Source of the DNA: Vermamoeba vermiformis
Taxonomy: Eukaryota
DNA: 64,000 nucleotides
NCBI GenBank assembly: GCA_045837725.1
Contig: JBEWZL010000102.1
Coordinates: 62,001-126,000 of the forward strand
Direction: 5' to 3'
The position numbers were made by a program, and so were the translations under genes. Below are positions 49,901 to 61,469 of this stretch, one piece after another. Numbering within the stretch: the first letter of the stretch is position 1; each line of letters begins with the position of its first letter. Below the pieces are notes generated by a model. The model worked only from the letters and a program-made list of their open reading frames with translations, was not told the origin of the DNA and did not search any database.

Positions 49901-49947
49901 AACGAGCAAAAGAAGCGTTGAAGGCCGAACTCGCGGCAAAGAAGTAG
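46912..49947 (+). CDS. RasGAP fused to a PRXL2/SelU(AhpC-TSA)-like domain with an in-frame TGA (UxxC); probable selenoprotein. Exons upstream of 47569 are uncertain
   Basis: RasGAP arginine finger DLFRKGSIAT and FLRFISP. Intron 48668-48769 joins in frame to an S-rich linker and VLVLLRHFG-TG|A-LLCR (intron 49288-49341), then IYVDEER..Y and GDML|QLGG. Stop at 49945-49947. Confidence 0.88.
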
Positions 49948-50100
49948 ACCTTCAATCGCACTCATTGACATCGCTGTAACGGCACATGACATGACACAAC
50001 AAGTATGGTTCATCACTCTCCCGTTGTGGTTTGTAACGACTACCCCTGTTGCAAAATCGCTTCGTGGATGCAGCGGTGGATCGGGATTCAGAACAGAGAG

Positions 50101-50154
50101 ATGAAGACTACCAAACTAACTCCTACAACCTAACGGAGCTTTGTGTAGTCTGAA
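50101..50154 (+). promoter_or_regulatory. SECIS element, type II, in the 3' UTR
   Basis: ATGAA-GACTACCAAA-CTAA-CTCC-(11 nt)-GGAG-C-TTTGTGTAGTC-TGAA: tandem GA core, ~10-bp helix II, unpaired AA and an apical mini-stem. Confidence 0.88.
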
Positions 50155-50575
50155 CGACAAAGCGTGCACAATACAATATTTGTGCCGCTTGGTGCTGTCC
50201 TGTGTCTTGATCTATGGACCAGTGAAGTTGTGCACGTCGTGTGAGTCTGTGAATGCGATGCCGATGAACTTCATTGTAATATAATGTATATAAATATGTT
50301 GTATTTTTAATGCCACAAACATTTAGCCAGATGCGGAAAGTAAGGCTGTTAAGAGATCGAACAGCTTTGCAAAAATTTTATTGACAGCCATCAAATGACT
50401 ACGTTAATAAAGGTGTATAACCTAGTATAGTATACTGTCCAAAGAAGATTTTGGTGCCCGAGAAGGATTTTGGAATCGGAATATCAGTTGTTTTGAATGT
50501 CGAGAAGAGATGCACAACAACGCACAAATTAGTATTCAATAGCATATACTCGGTTCCCTGTCAATAGTTGAAAAT

Positions 50576-53500
50576 ATGAATAATTTCGACGAAACTGACC
50601 CTATAACAAACGAGGAGTAAGGAAGAGTTAATCCAACATCTATTATTATTGCAATTATTCAAACCTCAAAATTACCAATACCAACGTATTTAATCCATTA
50701 GGCCTAAACCGCGTAGGGGCAGTACAGCTAGTTTCCATAGAACGAAATCGGAAGGAAAAGCAGAGGAAACACACGTAAAAAGCGACAAAAGGTAAAGTTA
50801 CAAAGTGGATTTTGCAGCTAAAAATTTTACGCTTTGTATTATCGACCGCACGCGTATAACAAATTTAAAAACGAATGGATAACACTCGTAAAAGCCCAAA
50901 TGGCTTGCCCGGTCCAGCGAGAAGACAAAAATCCACTAATGTCCGTGGAGCTGGAGGAGATTTCTGCAAAGTTTCAGCAATCTGGAAAATTATTATTTAG
51001 TTCACAATCTGGAAATAGAAAACACAAAGCGACTTTTCTATTGGATCCACACAAATTTCCAGCTTATGAGATTCCGAAATTTTACTCGTTGCTCTGGGCC
51101 GGTTTCGGACTTAGCGATTCTTTTGCCCCATCCGTTCCTTAATTAATCTGACTTTATGGAATCCAGCACTTTCCCGAATGTCAACAAAACTTCGTTCTTA
51201 CTCTCTTATTACAAACGTAGGGACTCAGATCCAACACCTATGGATGAAGTCGACTTTTGGAAAAAGCAAGCATCACATTATCGAACAGAAGCAGAGAATT
51301 GGGAACGCATAGCATGTAGTTTAAAGGCTCGGTTAATAAGATTGGGCGAAATGTAAGTGATTTTAGAAAAATAATTGAGCGCGATCGCGAGTTTCGTTTT
51401 CTTTTCTACATTTTTATCGAAATATATGCCGGCTTGATCTCGACTCTATTAGAAATTTAATCGATCGGCGCATATATTTCGTAATTATTCGAAATGAATT
51501 CATTTTACTCGATCCAATCAAAAAATTTTGATTTTAAACGAAATCTTATTGGTATCATATTATTTTTGTAGTGATCGCACATGAAAGCTTCTGGGAATTA
51601 TATATTAACCATTATTATATAGCTGCAAATCTTTTTCTACTTCGTGGGAGAGGCTTCTTCACGGCGAGGAGACAGAATCGCTTGATTCGCCACGAGATTT
51701 AGATCTGATCAATTATCGAGCTGAATCCTTCGACGAGACATCAGTATTAGCTAAGAGGAGAATGTCAAAGCCTGAACCTTTACTAAAAGCGGTCAATTCA
51801 ACATCTGGATCGAGCAACGGAAACGCGACACGAACGATCTCTACTGACGCGATTCCGCCGTTTAGTAAGCGCATAGTGTTTATTTAGCTACTTTAAGTCT
51901 TATTTTTCAAAAATAACGTAACGCTGTGACACATCTAGTGCAGTAGTGTACGGGAATTAACGATGTGCATTAACATCAAAAATTCATCGATCTATATGTA
52001 TAACTCGCTAAAAATCGATGTGTCGGAAACAGTATTTGTGCGATATTTCCTAAATGGCACCTTTAAATTGCAAAAATTCTTGTTTTTTCATTTTAAATTT
52101 TATTTCGACATGTTGACAACAATATTCAGACAAAAAAAGAAGCCTACGACTGGTACTGAACGTTATCTTGAAGCAGGTTTTAGGCACTCCACTTCGGTGG
52201 GGGCCCTTGTCATGAGCAAGAGAACAAGCTATGACGATCTCGACACAATTATGCAATCTGGATCCCCTCGAGCTCTTACTCCAAATCATCACAACAGAAA
52301 CAAATCTGATCCCAAATCAACTACCAACGTTCAGCCAGCAACACAACCACTCGCGTTTTCGGATCCGCGGCCAGGCACTTTTCATCTTGACGAATCTAGT
52401 TCTACGTCAGATTCGGATGTTACAAACAACGCAGTGCACATCCAAATCGATCCGAAAGAAATGAAGATTATAGAGCAACCACATAAGAAGAAAAAGAAAG
52501 GGTTGTTCCATAGACGACACGGCAGCGCAAATTCAGACGAGCCAGAGTCAAATCCGGAGACCTCAATGGCAGAACAACGTCCTGAAGCTTCGCATAAAAA
52601 GAAAAATAGCACTACTGGTATAGTGAAGTCACTAGGAACGAGCAATTTATATCAGTGTAAGTCTCTAATAGCGCCGCTAATAACTTGGCCGATCTCAAAT
52701 TATCATCTTTGTCTTAAAATCGTTCACTCGCATGCCGTTTGATCTAATATATCACGAAATTTACGAATATTATTATACCGTTTCGTGCTGCCGGCAAGCT
52801 TGCACCATTTTCTTTGGATCTCACTCCTAAAAAGTATTTTATCAATTTTCTTTGGAATTTCTTCAACCGTAGACAAAAAAACTTACTTTATTTGTCGAGC
52901 ACGGTTCAGAGGAATCTTTTCGCGTGCTTCAAAAGTGCGGCAATAGAGTTCAGCCAATAATTAAATTTGGATGCGCTAGGAACTTTTAAGAGCTTTTGCT
53001 AATGTATATGTTATCAGCAGTGACTCAAGTGACTAAAGATAAGCAAGCAGTAGTCGCCCAGAAGAAAAAGCAGCCGCCTCAGATCTCGTTAGTGAGCGCG
53101 TACCGACAAGTCTCGGAGCTTAATGGATTTTTGGACGCAAAAGGCACCATTACAACATTATTATCAGATATTCCTAATCTCAAAGTCTCGGTAGGTTAAT
53201 TTCGGATTTCAAACTTAACCAAACTGCAATTTATTTTTCAACGGATGCAGCTCGTCAAATTATTCTATTTTACATCAATAATATCGACAATATACTATGA
53301 TTTCACGCCTTGCTATGAAACGAACAGAGCAAGGTCGATCAACCTCAAATTCTCGTGCAAAAGTTTGAAATTTCCGAACGCAAAAGCGATCGTTTGTGTA
53401 TTTTGCAATTGATCCGCTTACAAGATACGTACTAACGCTCTAAATATTACAATAGGACAAGTTTGGACAAGAGATTGGTACACTAAGGTCCGGCAAATCA

Positions 53501-55109
53501 AGCGAGAAAGCATTCGTGATCCCGAAAAAAGCTTGCGGCGTGACCACATCCACGTACCCTATGATCACAACAGGTGCGTATATGTTTGTATATGATTATG
53601 TTTCATAAGGGAGTGTGATTTACACAATTTAGATTCGCTACAGTATACTTTTTCTCCCTTACGGAGATTGCATTGGATCGCACAATTAAATAACTTTAAT
53701 ATTTTAGGCAAAGACCAGAAAAGCCTTCCAGTACGCTATGGCGATCCTAATTGCGATAGATTCGGTATTAAAGTCTACAAACACCGCATACTCGTTTGCG
53801 TAACAGACGGATGTGGCTGGGGCGAGAGATCATGTCGCGCCTCTGAAGTCGCAAACCACGCGTTCATGAACTACATCGAGAACCAACACGTTGCCGTAGA
53901 AGATACGCATTCGGCAGCGTTATTGATGCTAAAGTAAGTTTCGCAATGCGATCCGTATCTTAACACAGAAATTTGGTTCATGAAATCGTTGCTACGTCAT
54001 CGACCATTTATAGTAATAAATACCTTTCCGTTCACTGAACCGACGAACATCGATTTAATGGTCGGAATTCTTTGCAACAAATTAATTTTCTTCCAATTTC
54101 ATGAACAGTACTTGACCAACAAAATCTTTGTTACTAAAAATATTCTAGTGGCTAATAATAAACGCATTTAATAGGGGCCTGCAAGAAGCGCACGAAGCGA
54201 TCATTCAAAACGTGCAGAATCATTGGGAGGCCGGTACCACGACCCTGTGTGGTGGCATGTTGCTGCGTCTTGAAGACGACGATGAAGACGGACCGCGCTT
54301 TGGATTCTTGTGCGCGAACATTGGTGACTGCAAGGCCTATCTGTACAACACTGACGGACCCACGCAACGATCATCCGTGACCATTGTTAGTCCCAAAGAA
54401 CGCGAGATCTTGTCGGCCGGACCTAGCTCCGATTTTATTCCCTCTGCCATGAGCTCATCGAGCAACAATAATAATACCAATGTGAGCAAGGACACGAATG
54501 GCAGTGCGAACAAGAGCACGGCGAAAGTGATTGACATGACTCGTGGCAACCGAGGCATTGACGCACGACACACTGGAGGCTGTTTGGGACCAAAATTGGA
54601 AAAACTGAAGCCTCGTCTTGATAACTTGAAGATCACTTGGACTATCTGCAGACCTAGTAAGTAGATCCGCTACGTTAAATTTTACGTGTCAAAAGTGTCA
54701 AAAATGTCACACAAGTTCTTTACACAATTCAATTACTGATCGCTGATTTTAATCAATAGAGGACTTAATAGTGCTAGTCTCGGATGGTGTTCATGACAAT
54801 TTTGATCCTGAAGCCTTGGGCGAGCAGCCTGGCAGCCTTGGCTTGAGCCAGCCCACGTGGCTGAACGTGCCGCAAAAAGAATCGGTCGAGGCACGTGACA
54901 AGTACCGCGCGAACAGACTCTACGAGCAGATTGAAGGCATTAAAGACCCGAAGAAAGTGACGGACACGATCATTCGCTACGTCGTCAAAACTACGCACAA
55001 TCAACGCGAGTACTTGGAGAAGAACAAAGGCGGTCAAGTGCCCGATGACTTTGTCAATTACCCTGGCAAGATGGACCACTGCACTTGCGTCAGCTTCGTC
55101 GTCGGATAA
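50576..55109 (+). CDS. PPM/PP2C-like domain protein with a long low-complexity N-terminus
   Basis: STYP, GDPNCD, VTDGCGWG, AGTTTLCGG, ANIGDCKAY, GGCLGP, SDGVHDNFDPE and PGKMDHCT motifs. Confidence 0.8.
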
Positions 55110-55340
55110 TTCGGCGAAATTCTCCGATGCAGATCCAAACCAACAGTCGCTTTGAAGTTGAAAAAAATCATGCGAAAAAAACTGTAAATTTTGTTCATTT
55201 ATTCGCTTTGAAGCAACTATGTAAATAAAACCCTGTACAGTTCGAAAGATACGATCTCTTGGCAGTAATTGCTTTGACTCGATTTTCAGTGAACCGCAAA
55301 AAATTTAAATTTTGAAAACGGATTCGTGATCATTTGTCGT

Positions 55341-56574
55341 TTATTCATATTTGGAATTAGTAACTCTTACAATAAAACCTGATCGAATTCTATTAATCAA
55401 TTTGATGCTATTTACAACTGGATCTAAGCCTGGGTAACGGATCCTAGAGAAGATCTCGAGCCACAATTCTTTAGGCAGACCCATTGGCGGCTCATTACTC
55501 CAAGCGATATTATGTACTAACATGGCTATCTTATATAACATATCTGCCTGCAAATCTCGATTTCTTTTCAACTGTTTCAAGATCTGAATCGTTATTTTTG
55601 TACTGCTGAATATCTCTAAGTGCATAATTAACTTCTAATACGTTCTCTATAGCACTACAAAACTTAATATACGTATATATGTCATCAGGAATGTCAGCTG
55701 AGTATAGATCTACGAATGTCAATGAACTGTTGAGTCTTAATCCGGTGCAGATCAGATCCACTTCATTTTCTTCGCGCGGATTATAACAATTTGATAGCCA
55801 TAGTTTCCTTAATGTATTATTTACAGCCAACATGTCTTTCAGCGCTGTCAAACCATTGACACCGAGATCTGAATTATCGCTGAGGACTAGTGTTCTGAGA
55901 CTAGTGTTTGTTTTCAGTGAATTGCAAAGTGCAATTATTCCGCTCGATTGAATCTGATTTTGATCGAGATCGAGCTGCGTCAAGGTCTGATTATGTTTCA
56001 ATCCTTCAGCGAGGTACTTGCAGATCTGATGGTCAATATTGCAGTTGATTAAATTAAGCGTTGTTATATTCTTCTTAGTCTCTAATATTTCTTGTAAAAT
56101 TTTTGCGCCTTTTGCGTCGATCTGAACCACGCCTGATAAAATAAAACTTTCAAGCGAATTATTCTCTTTCACGGAACTAAATAGCACGTGAATCTCGTCT
56201 ATATTTAAAGGAGTGCTCCTTATTAATAGTGTGCGTATTGTTGTGTTTGATTTTAAGGCTTGAAAAATTTTCTTGTGCAGATCCGTTCCGTCTGGATCAT
56301 TTGAATCCAGTGTGAGATTAGGGACTCGCATAGTACTAATCATATACGCAAATAGATCTGCCTCTTTGATCGGTACTATATTTTTGACTAGTGCCAGCTC
56401 TTGCAGTGCATTGGTGTTTCTGAATCCGTTGGTGAGGGATCTGATGATTTCCGGTGTGAATGTGCTTTGGTTGATTTCAAGTGCTCTAATAAAATCTCCT
56501 TTTAGAGATATACAGAGTGATGCGGCGACATCTGCTGTAATTTTGTGGTGATAGGCTGATCGGCCGAGATCCAT
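55341..56574 (-). CDS. RNI-like leucine-rich-repeat protein with a C-terminal LPxELW (F-box/BC-box-like) motif; apparent +1 frameshift at about 55597
   Basis: Repeats of the type LKxNxTLxxLxLxxN; shifted tail LKRNRD..GLPKELWLEIFSRI; no introns seen. Confidence 0.7.
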
Positions 56575-56977
56575 GAAGATATTTTTCGTGTTAATTCTAA
56601 AATTCAAATCAATTCGAGAATAATATGACAAAATCATATAGCAATGCAGATGTCATATTAATAGTGTTAATAATTAGTAAGAAATGTCAAACAGAAATTG
56701 ATCCATATCCTTTAGGACGTCTAAATGGAATTTACCTGATTATAAGCCCTCACGTTCAATTTTGATTATAGATCAATGATTCTCCGTAAATTAATAATAC
56801 TAAAATTAGTTTTGTGGTTGTTAGAAGACGAAAGAACAACGAGGAAAATTTATCTGTCACCAGCACAACAGAAGTCTTTCAGCGATTGCAACCATGTGCC
56901 AACAATAATCACATTTTGCGACATTATATTATAACTTATAACTCTCTTCAAGTTGCGGAGTTTATTAAGGTTTCAGT

Positions 56978-59129
56978 TCAAGTTTTTTGCACCTTTTTTT
57001 GAAGGAATGCGTAACACTCCTTTTTGTGCATCATAGTGTACGTACGAACGTCTTGAGGGCATCCATTGTCATATAAATATTCTAAACATTTAACCGAATC
57101 TCTTTGGACAGCTGCGTACCAAGTCTCTTTGCTCCATCCGCTGCCATTTTCGTGCGCGTACTTCAAAATTTTTAGATTACCATTGCTTGCTGCTGCAGTG
57201 CACTCGTGATGGCTCCAAGGACACCCATTTTCACGCAAATATTTCAAGCACTTCAAATGAGAGGCACCCCGGCCATTAGCCGCTGACCGGCAGGCATTTG
57301 AGGTCCATGGCACGCCGTACTTGTGCGCTATTTTCATGCACATGAGGTGTCCATGGGAAGCAGCCACCGAGTGCACGAGAGAGCTGTATCCACAGCCGTT
57401 CTTGAGCGCGTACTCGAGGATATCTGCTCGGTCAAATTCGGCTGCTAACATCGTCACGCTATCATCCCACTCGAAGCCCATTTCGTGAAGATATTTTAAC
57501 GCGTCTAATGCACCTGTTCTAGCCGCTGCACTCAGAATCGCTGGCTCGCACTCGCCTAGTCCCACAGCATTAATAAGGCCCCTTAAAATTATCGTGGTCG
57601 TGTTGTACTTACATCCGAGATCAAGGAGGTACTTCAACATTTCAACGTCGTTGTTCGACACAGCCACATTGCACAGTGAGACGTCGCTAGTGTCAAGCTC
57701 GTAGCCGCATTCGAGAATGTATTTCAAGCACTGCAAGTTCTGGTATTGTACTGCTTTGAATGCCATCGTTTGCGATGGTAAAGACGACGTCGTCATCGAA
57801 ATTGTTGTCGTAAACATCATCGTAATCGTCAATCTTTCCGTCCCATCGAAAGCCATTCTCGTGCAAGTACTTCAATATCTCTAAGTTGCCAGCAGCGTTT
57901 AAGCACGCGATGTTTGTGCTGGGCTTGGGACACCCAGCTTCGAGCAAATATTTTATCATTTGCACATCGCCGAGTTGAGCTGCATTGTCGTATTCTTTGC
58001 CACACCATTTAGCCCCGTGTTCTCGCAAGAGCCTATTAGATTTGTTAACATAGGTGCGGACAGAGGGTCGCTCCAAGTGTGACACTTACTTGACACATCC
58101 GATGTCGCCGGAGCTCACTGCATCCTCTATTGGTGACATTGAGCCATCTGTGTCTATATGCGCGGTATTGCCGTTCAGCAGCGCGTATTTGACGCACTCC
58201 AAGCTGCCACTCCGAGCGGCATTGTTCATCGTTTCACCCCACTCACAGCCGTTCTCGTGGGCAAATTTCAAACAGTCCAAGTGCCCTCCAAGCGCTGCCA
58301 TTTCACAGCTGACATTCAAGACGTATTTTGCTTCGTAAAGATATTTCAAGCACTCCAAATTACCGCCTGCAGCAGCTGCGTTGCAAAGACGAGCTGTCCA
58401 TGTAATTTATCGGGCAGCCATTGGCCAACGCGTACTTCAAACAGTCAAGACTCCATGCTGCTGCCTCTCTTAATAGTAGTGAGTTCCATGGGCAGCCATT
58501 CTCGTGCAAATACTTCAAGATCTCGAGGTGGTTGTGACGAGCCGCAGCTTCCGTAGCGAGTTCGTCCCAAGGAAATTCGTTCTCGTGCAAATATTTTAGG
58601 CACTCAAGGTGACCGTTGGCAGCTGCATTTGAGCATGCGAGACTGTCAAAGTCGCAGTCGTTGTCGTCTAGAAACTTGATCGCTTCGATCTGACCCTTGC
58701 GAGCAGCAGCAGCGATAGTTGTAGCGTCCCATTCCATTCCAAGAGCACGGCAATATTGTAAGCACGATATTGCGCCCATTTCTGCGAAATACTGCATTAT
58801 ACGGCCAATTGGCTTTTTTGAAGTTGATAGTTTTGGATTGCAGATCTTAAAAATGTGCTTGTTTGCTGTTCGTAGCAACAGTACGTCATATACAACAAGA
58901 TCGTCTAATATATGTGTCCATACGTCGGTTGGTAAATCTAGCAATGTTAAATCCTACAACGAAACGTCAGTTCCATCCAGAAAAAATAAAGAAAATTACA
59001 AATTAATGTGGATCATCACAGTGGAAGTGATTTTAATGGTAGGTATATTACATTAATATTCTTATTTTTATGCAAGAATGGATATTAAATTACTGGCCAG
59101 TAAATTGCGACAGAACTTACTCCTTCCAT
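56978..59129 (-). CDS. F-box plus ankyrin-like repeats of the AAxxGHLECLKYLHENGCPW type; two apparent +1 frameshifts
   Basis: MEG|DLTLLDLPTDVWTHIL followed by many repeats. Real GT-AG intron at 58014-58089; frame breaks near 58405 and 57780. Confidence 0.75.
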
Positions 59130-59335
59130 TTTCTAACGGTCGATAAACCAATCCTTTTTATTGCTGAAGGTGCTGGAATATTGTTTGGTTCTAAATTAAC
59201 CGCTGTTGTGGACACAGATCGAGGAAAATAAAAATAAAAAATAGGCCTTAGGAAATCGCGAACAAGCCCTTGCAAAAATAATGTCCTATATGTTACGTCA
59301 ATCGTACTATAATACTACTAGGACATGCTATGCTT

Positions 59336-61415
59336 TTATTGTGCAGGCAAGTTCTCGATCCACCAGAGATGTTCGCGCTTCGAGGGCTTCAACAAATGAT
59401 GCACAAACTGACGTCCTTTAGCGCCGATGCCAGTCTCAGTGATGTCCAAATATAGTAAGTGCGACTGTATGATCGTGCTCATGTTCATTATGGCTTGGTC
59501 GTTCACGTTTCTGCACCGCTCGAGTCGCAAGTCACGCAGTTGCGTCAATTCATCGAGCTGTTTGGTCGTTTTTTCATTCAACTCTTCCATATTAAATAAC
59601 ATTAGGACCGTCAAGTACTTCAATCGCGTCAAGGGCTTGAAAGTTGTCGCTGTAATGTTACTCATAGAACCGATGCCCAAGCTGAACAATTGTTTGCATT
59701 GCGCTATGTTGGTGATGGCTTGACTTGTGAGCGAATAGCCGTTCAATGCCAAGTGTCTAAAGACCAGATGAAGATTAGATTATATAGTCGATGGCAAGCT
59801 TGAGCTGTGGTCAAAGTGTCATTGCCAAATAAGGCAAGTGTGGCTTACCGCAAATGTTTGAACTGGTGGATGTCAGCTAAGTTCGTGAACCCTCCCCAGC
59901 CAAATCCAAACGACAAAGTGTGCAGGCCAGTGGCGTGTTTCAGATAATTAATAGCCTCGTCCGTCAAACCTGGCTCATGCCGCTTCGCCATCACCAAGTC
60001 CGGTCGGCAGCACAAAAAATTCTTGGAGTTTTGCAAGGCCGTGCAATTCTTCCAAGTTTTGGTTTTTCGGATACGCCACAACGCTTAATGATTCCAAATT
60101 TAGGCATGAATGGAGTCCTGCAAAGCTTCTAGTGCGGAAGTTTTTGATCTTTTTGATTGTCGGTGGAAAAGCTGCTTTGTGGCAGTCCCAATCTTCTGAA
60201 TTAGGAGCATTATAGGCCCAATAAAATCGATCCACTCGCGGGTATTCAATAACTTCTAGCTTTGTAAACGTCGAGACGATTTCGTTGAGCTTTGGTGCGT
60301 AATTGCTAAATCTGGGATACGCCTGCAGGATCCTTAACTGTTTTAAATTTTCCAATGAAGACAAGTTCAGCTGCATCCATTGATCTGCATTCAAATTCAA
60401 AGTAAATGCCAGTGATTCGAGCTTGCGTGCTTGCTGAATGACCATTTGCCAGCCAGCCGCATACCTAGGGAGAGTAAATTGGTCATGAACGGAGCTCAGA
60501 TCCGACGTCACTCAGTTCGTTTGGGTATGAGTTTCATATGCGCGATACTTACATTGGAACGTGCAGTACCAGCCTCTTGAGATTCGCCAGCATAAAACAG
60601 TGTTCAGGCGATAAATTGCCGAGTTCGAGTGATTGTAAGTTGTGTTAGATGCGTGAATCCGACGAACATTTTGCTCGGCGCTTGCATCTCTCGGACTTTA
60701 ATCTCGATAAATCTCGTTAAATGCTCTTGAATGGACACCAGAAATGACTCTTCGCTGCAGTTCTGTAGCTTTGTTTCTAACGAAATTGAAGTCAAGCTCA
60801 TGCACGCGCGTTCCAGATCCAGCGCCTCGGCCAATTCTGAACCTGTCATATTCATATGCTGTACAATCAATTAATAACGTCAGTATGCAGCGCTAGTATA
60901 TGGGTCGATTATATTCAACAGATCTCCGGTGGCTTACCGTCCTCAGTGATCGTAATCCATGCGCCTTTTCGAGTAATTGCTTCATTTGTTTAGCTTTTGG
61001 CAATTTTGAGGCTGGAATGTAAGTCAGATCAAGAGCTCTTCGGCCTTTCCAACAAAGCCGCATCCACTTTTTGGACACGAGGCGAAACCTAATGCTGCAT
61101 TTAGTACCAAAATCAAACTAAAATGTAGACTGTAGAATTAAAATTTGAATATGAATCATAATGCTATTTGGAGCGGAAAGAAATAAGAATAATCTCGTCA
61201 TTTAATTTAAATGATTTTACTCACTGCAGAAACGTTGGAGTTGTCATAGAATCGATAATGGCATTCATAATATCGATCGGTAAATCATTAAATGAATAAT
61301 TGAATATTTTTGGTGGCTTTTTCGCTTTAACAGGCGCAGATCTGCTTTGTTTTGGCGCATCGCTTGAAGATTGTCCTTTACTTTGATTTTTAGAGTTCTT
61401 CTTTTTAGTTGACAT
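59336..61415 (-). CDS. F-box/LRR protein; two apparent +1 frameshifts
   Basis: F-box FNDLPIDIMNAII..FRLVSKKW; LRRs such as LRDLRLERCRNVND; breaks near 60625 and 59980. Confidence 0.7.
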
Positions 61416-61469
61416 TGTGTTCTTGTCAAATCGTTTTTGATCCAAAAAAATCGTTTGAAATGTTTTGTT

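Noticed and set aside
50160-50280. Second SECIS downstream (GTGAAGTT...AACTTCAT)
   Set aside because: It forms ordinary Watson-Crick complementarity without a correctly spaced GA/GA core and AA loop.
51420-51480. Imperfect intronic palindrome (AAATATATGC...GCATATATTT) as a MITE
   Set aside because: Short, single copy in the window, and no target-site duplication.
59968-59992. Tiny (18-25 nt) introns explaining the frameshifts
   Set aside because: Only this site has a frame-restoring GT..AG. Other sites lack one, and the introns I could delimit elsewhere are about 40 nt or longer.
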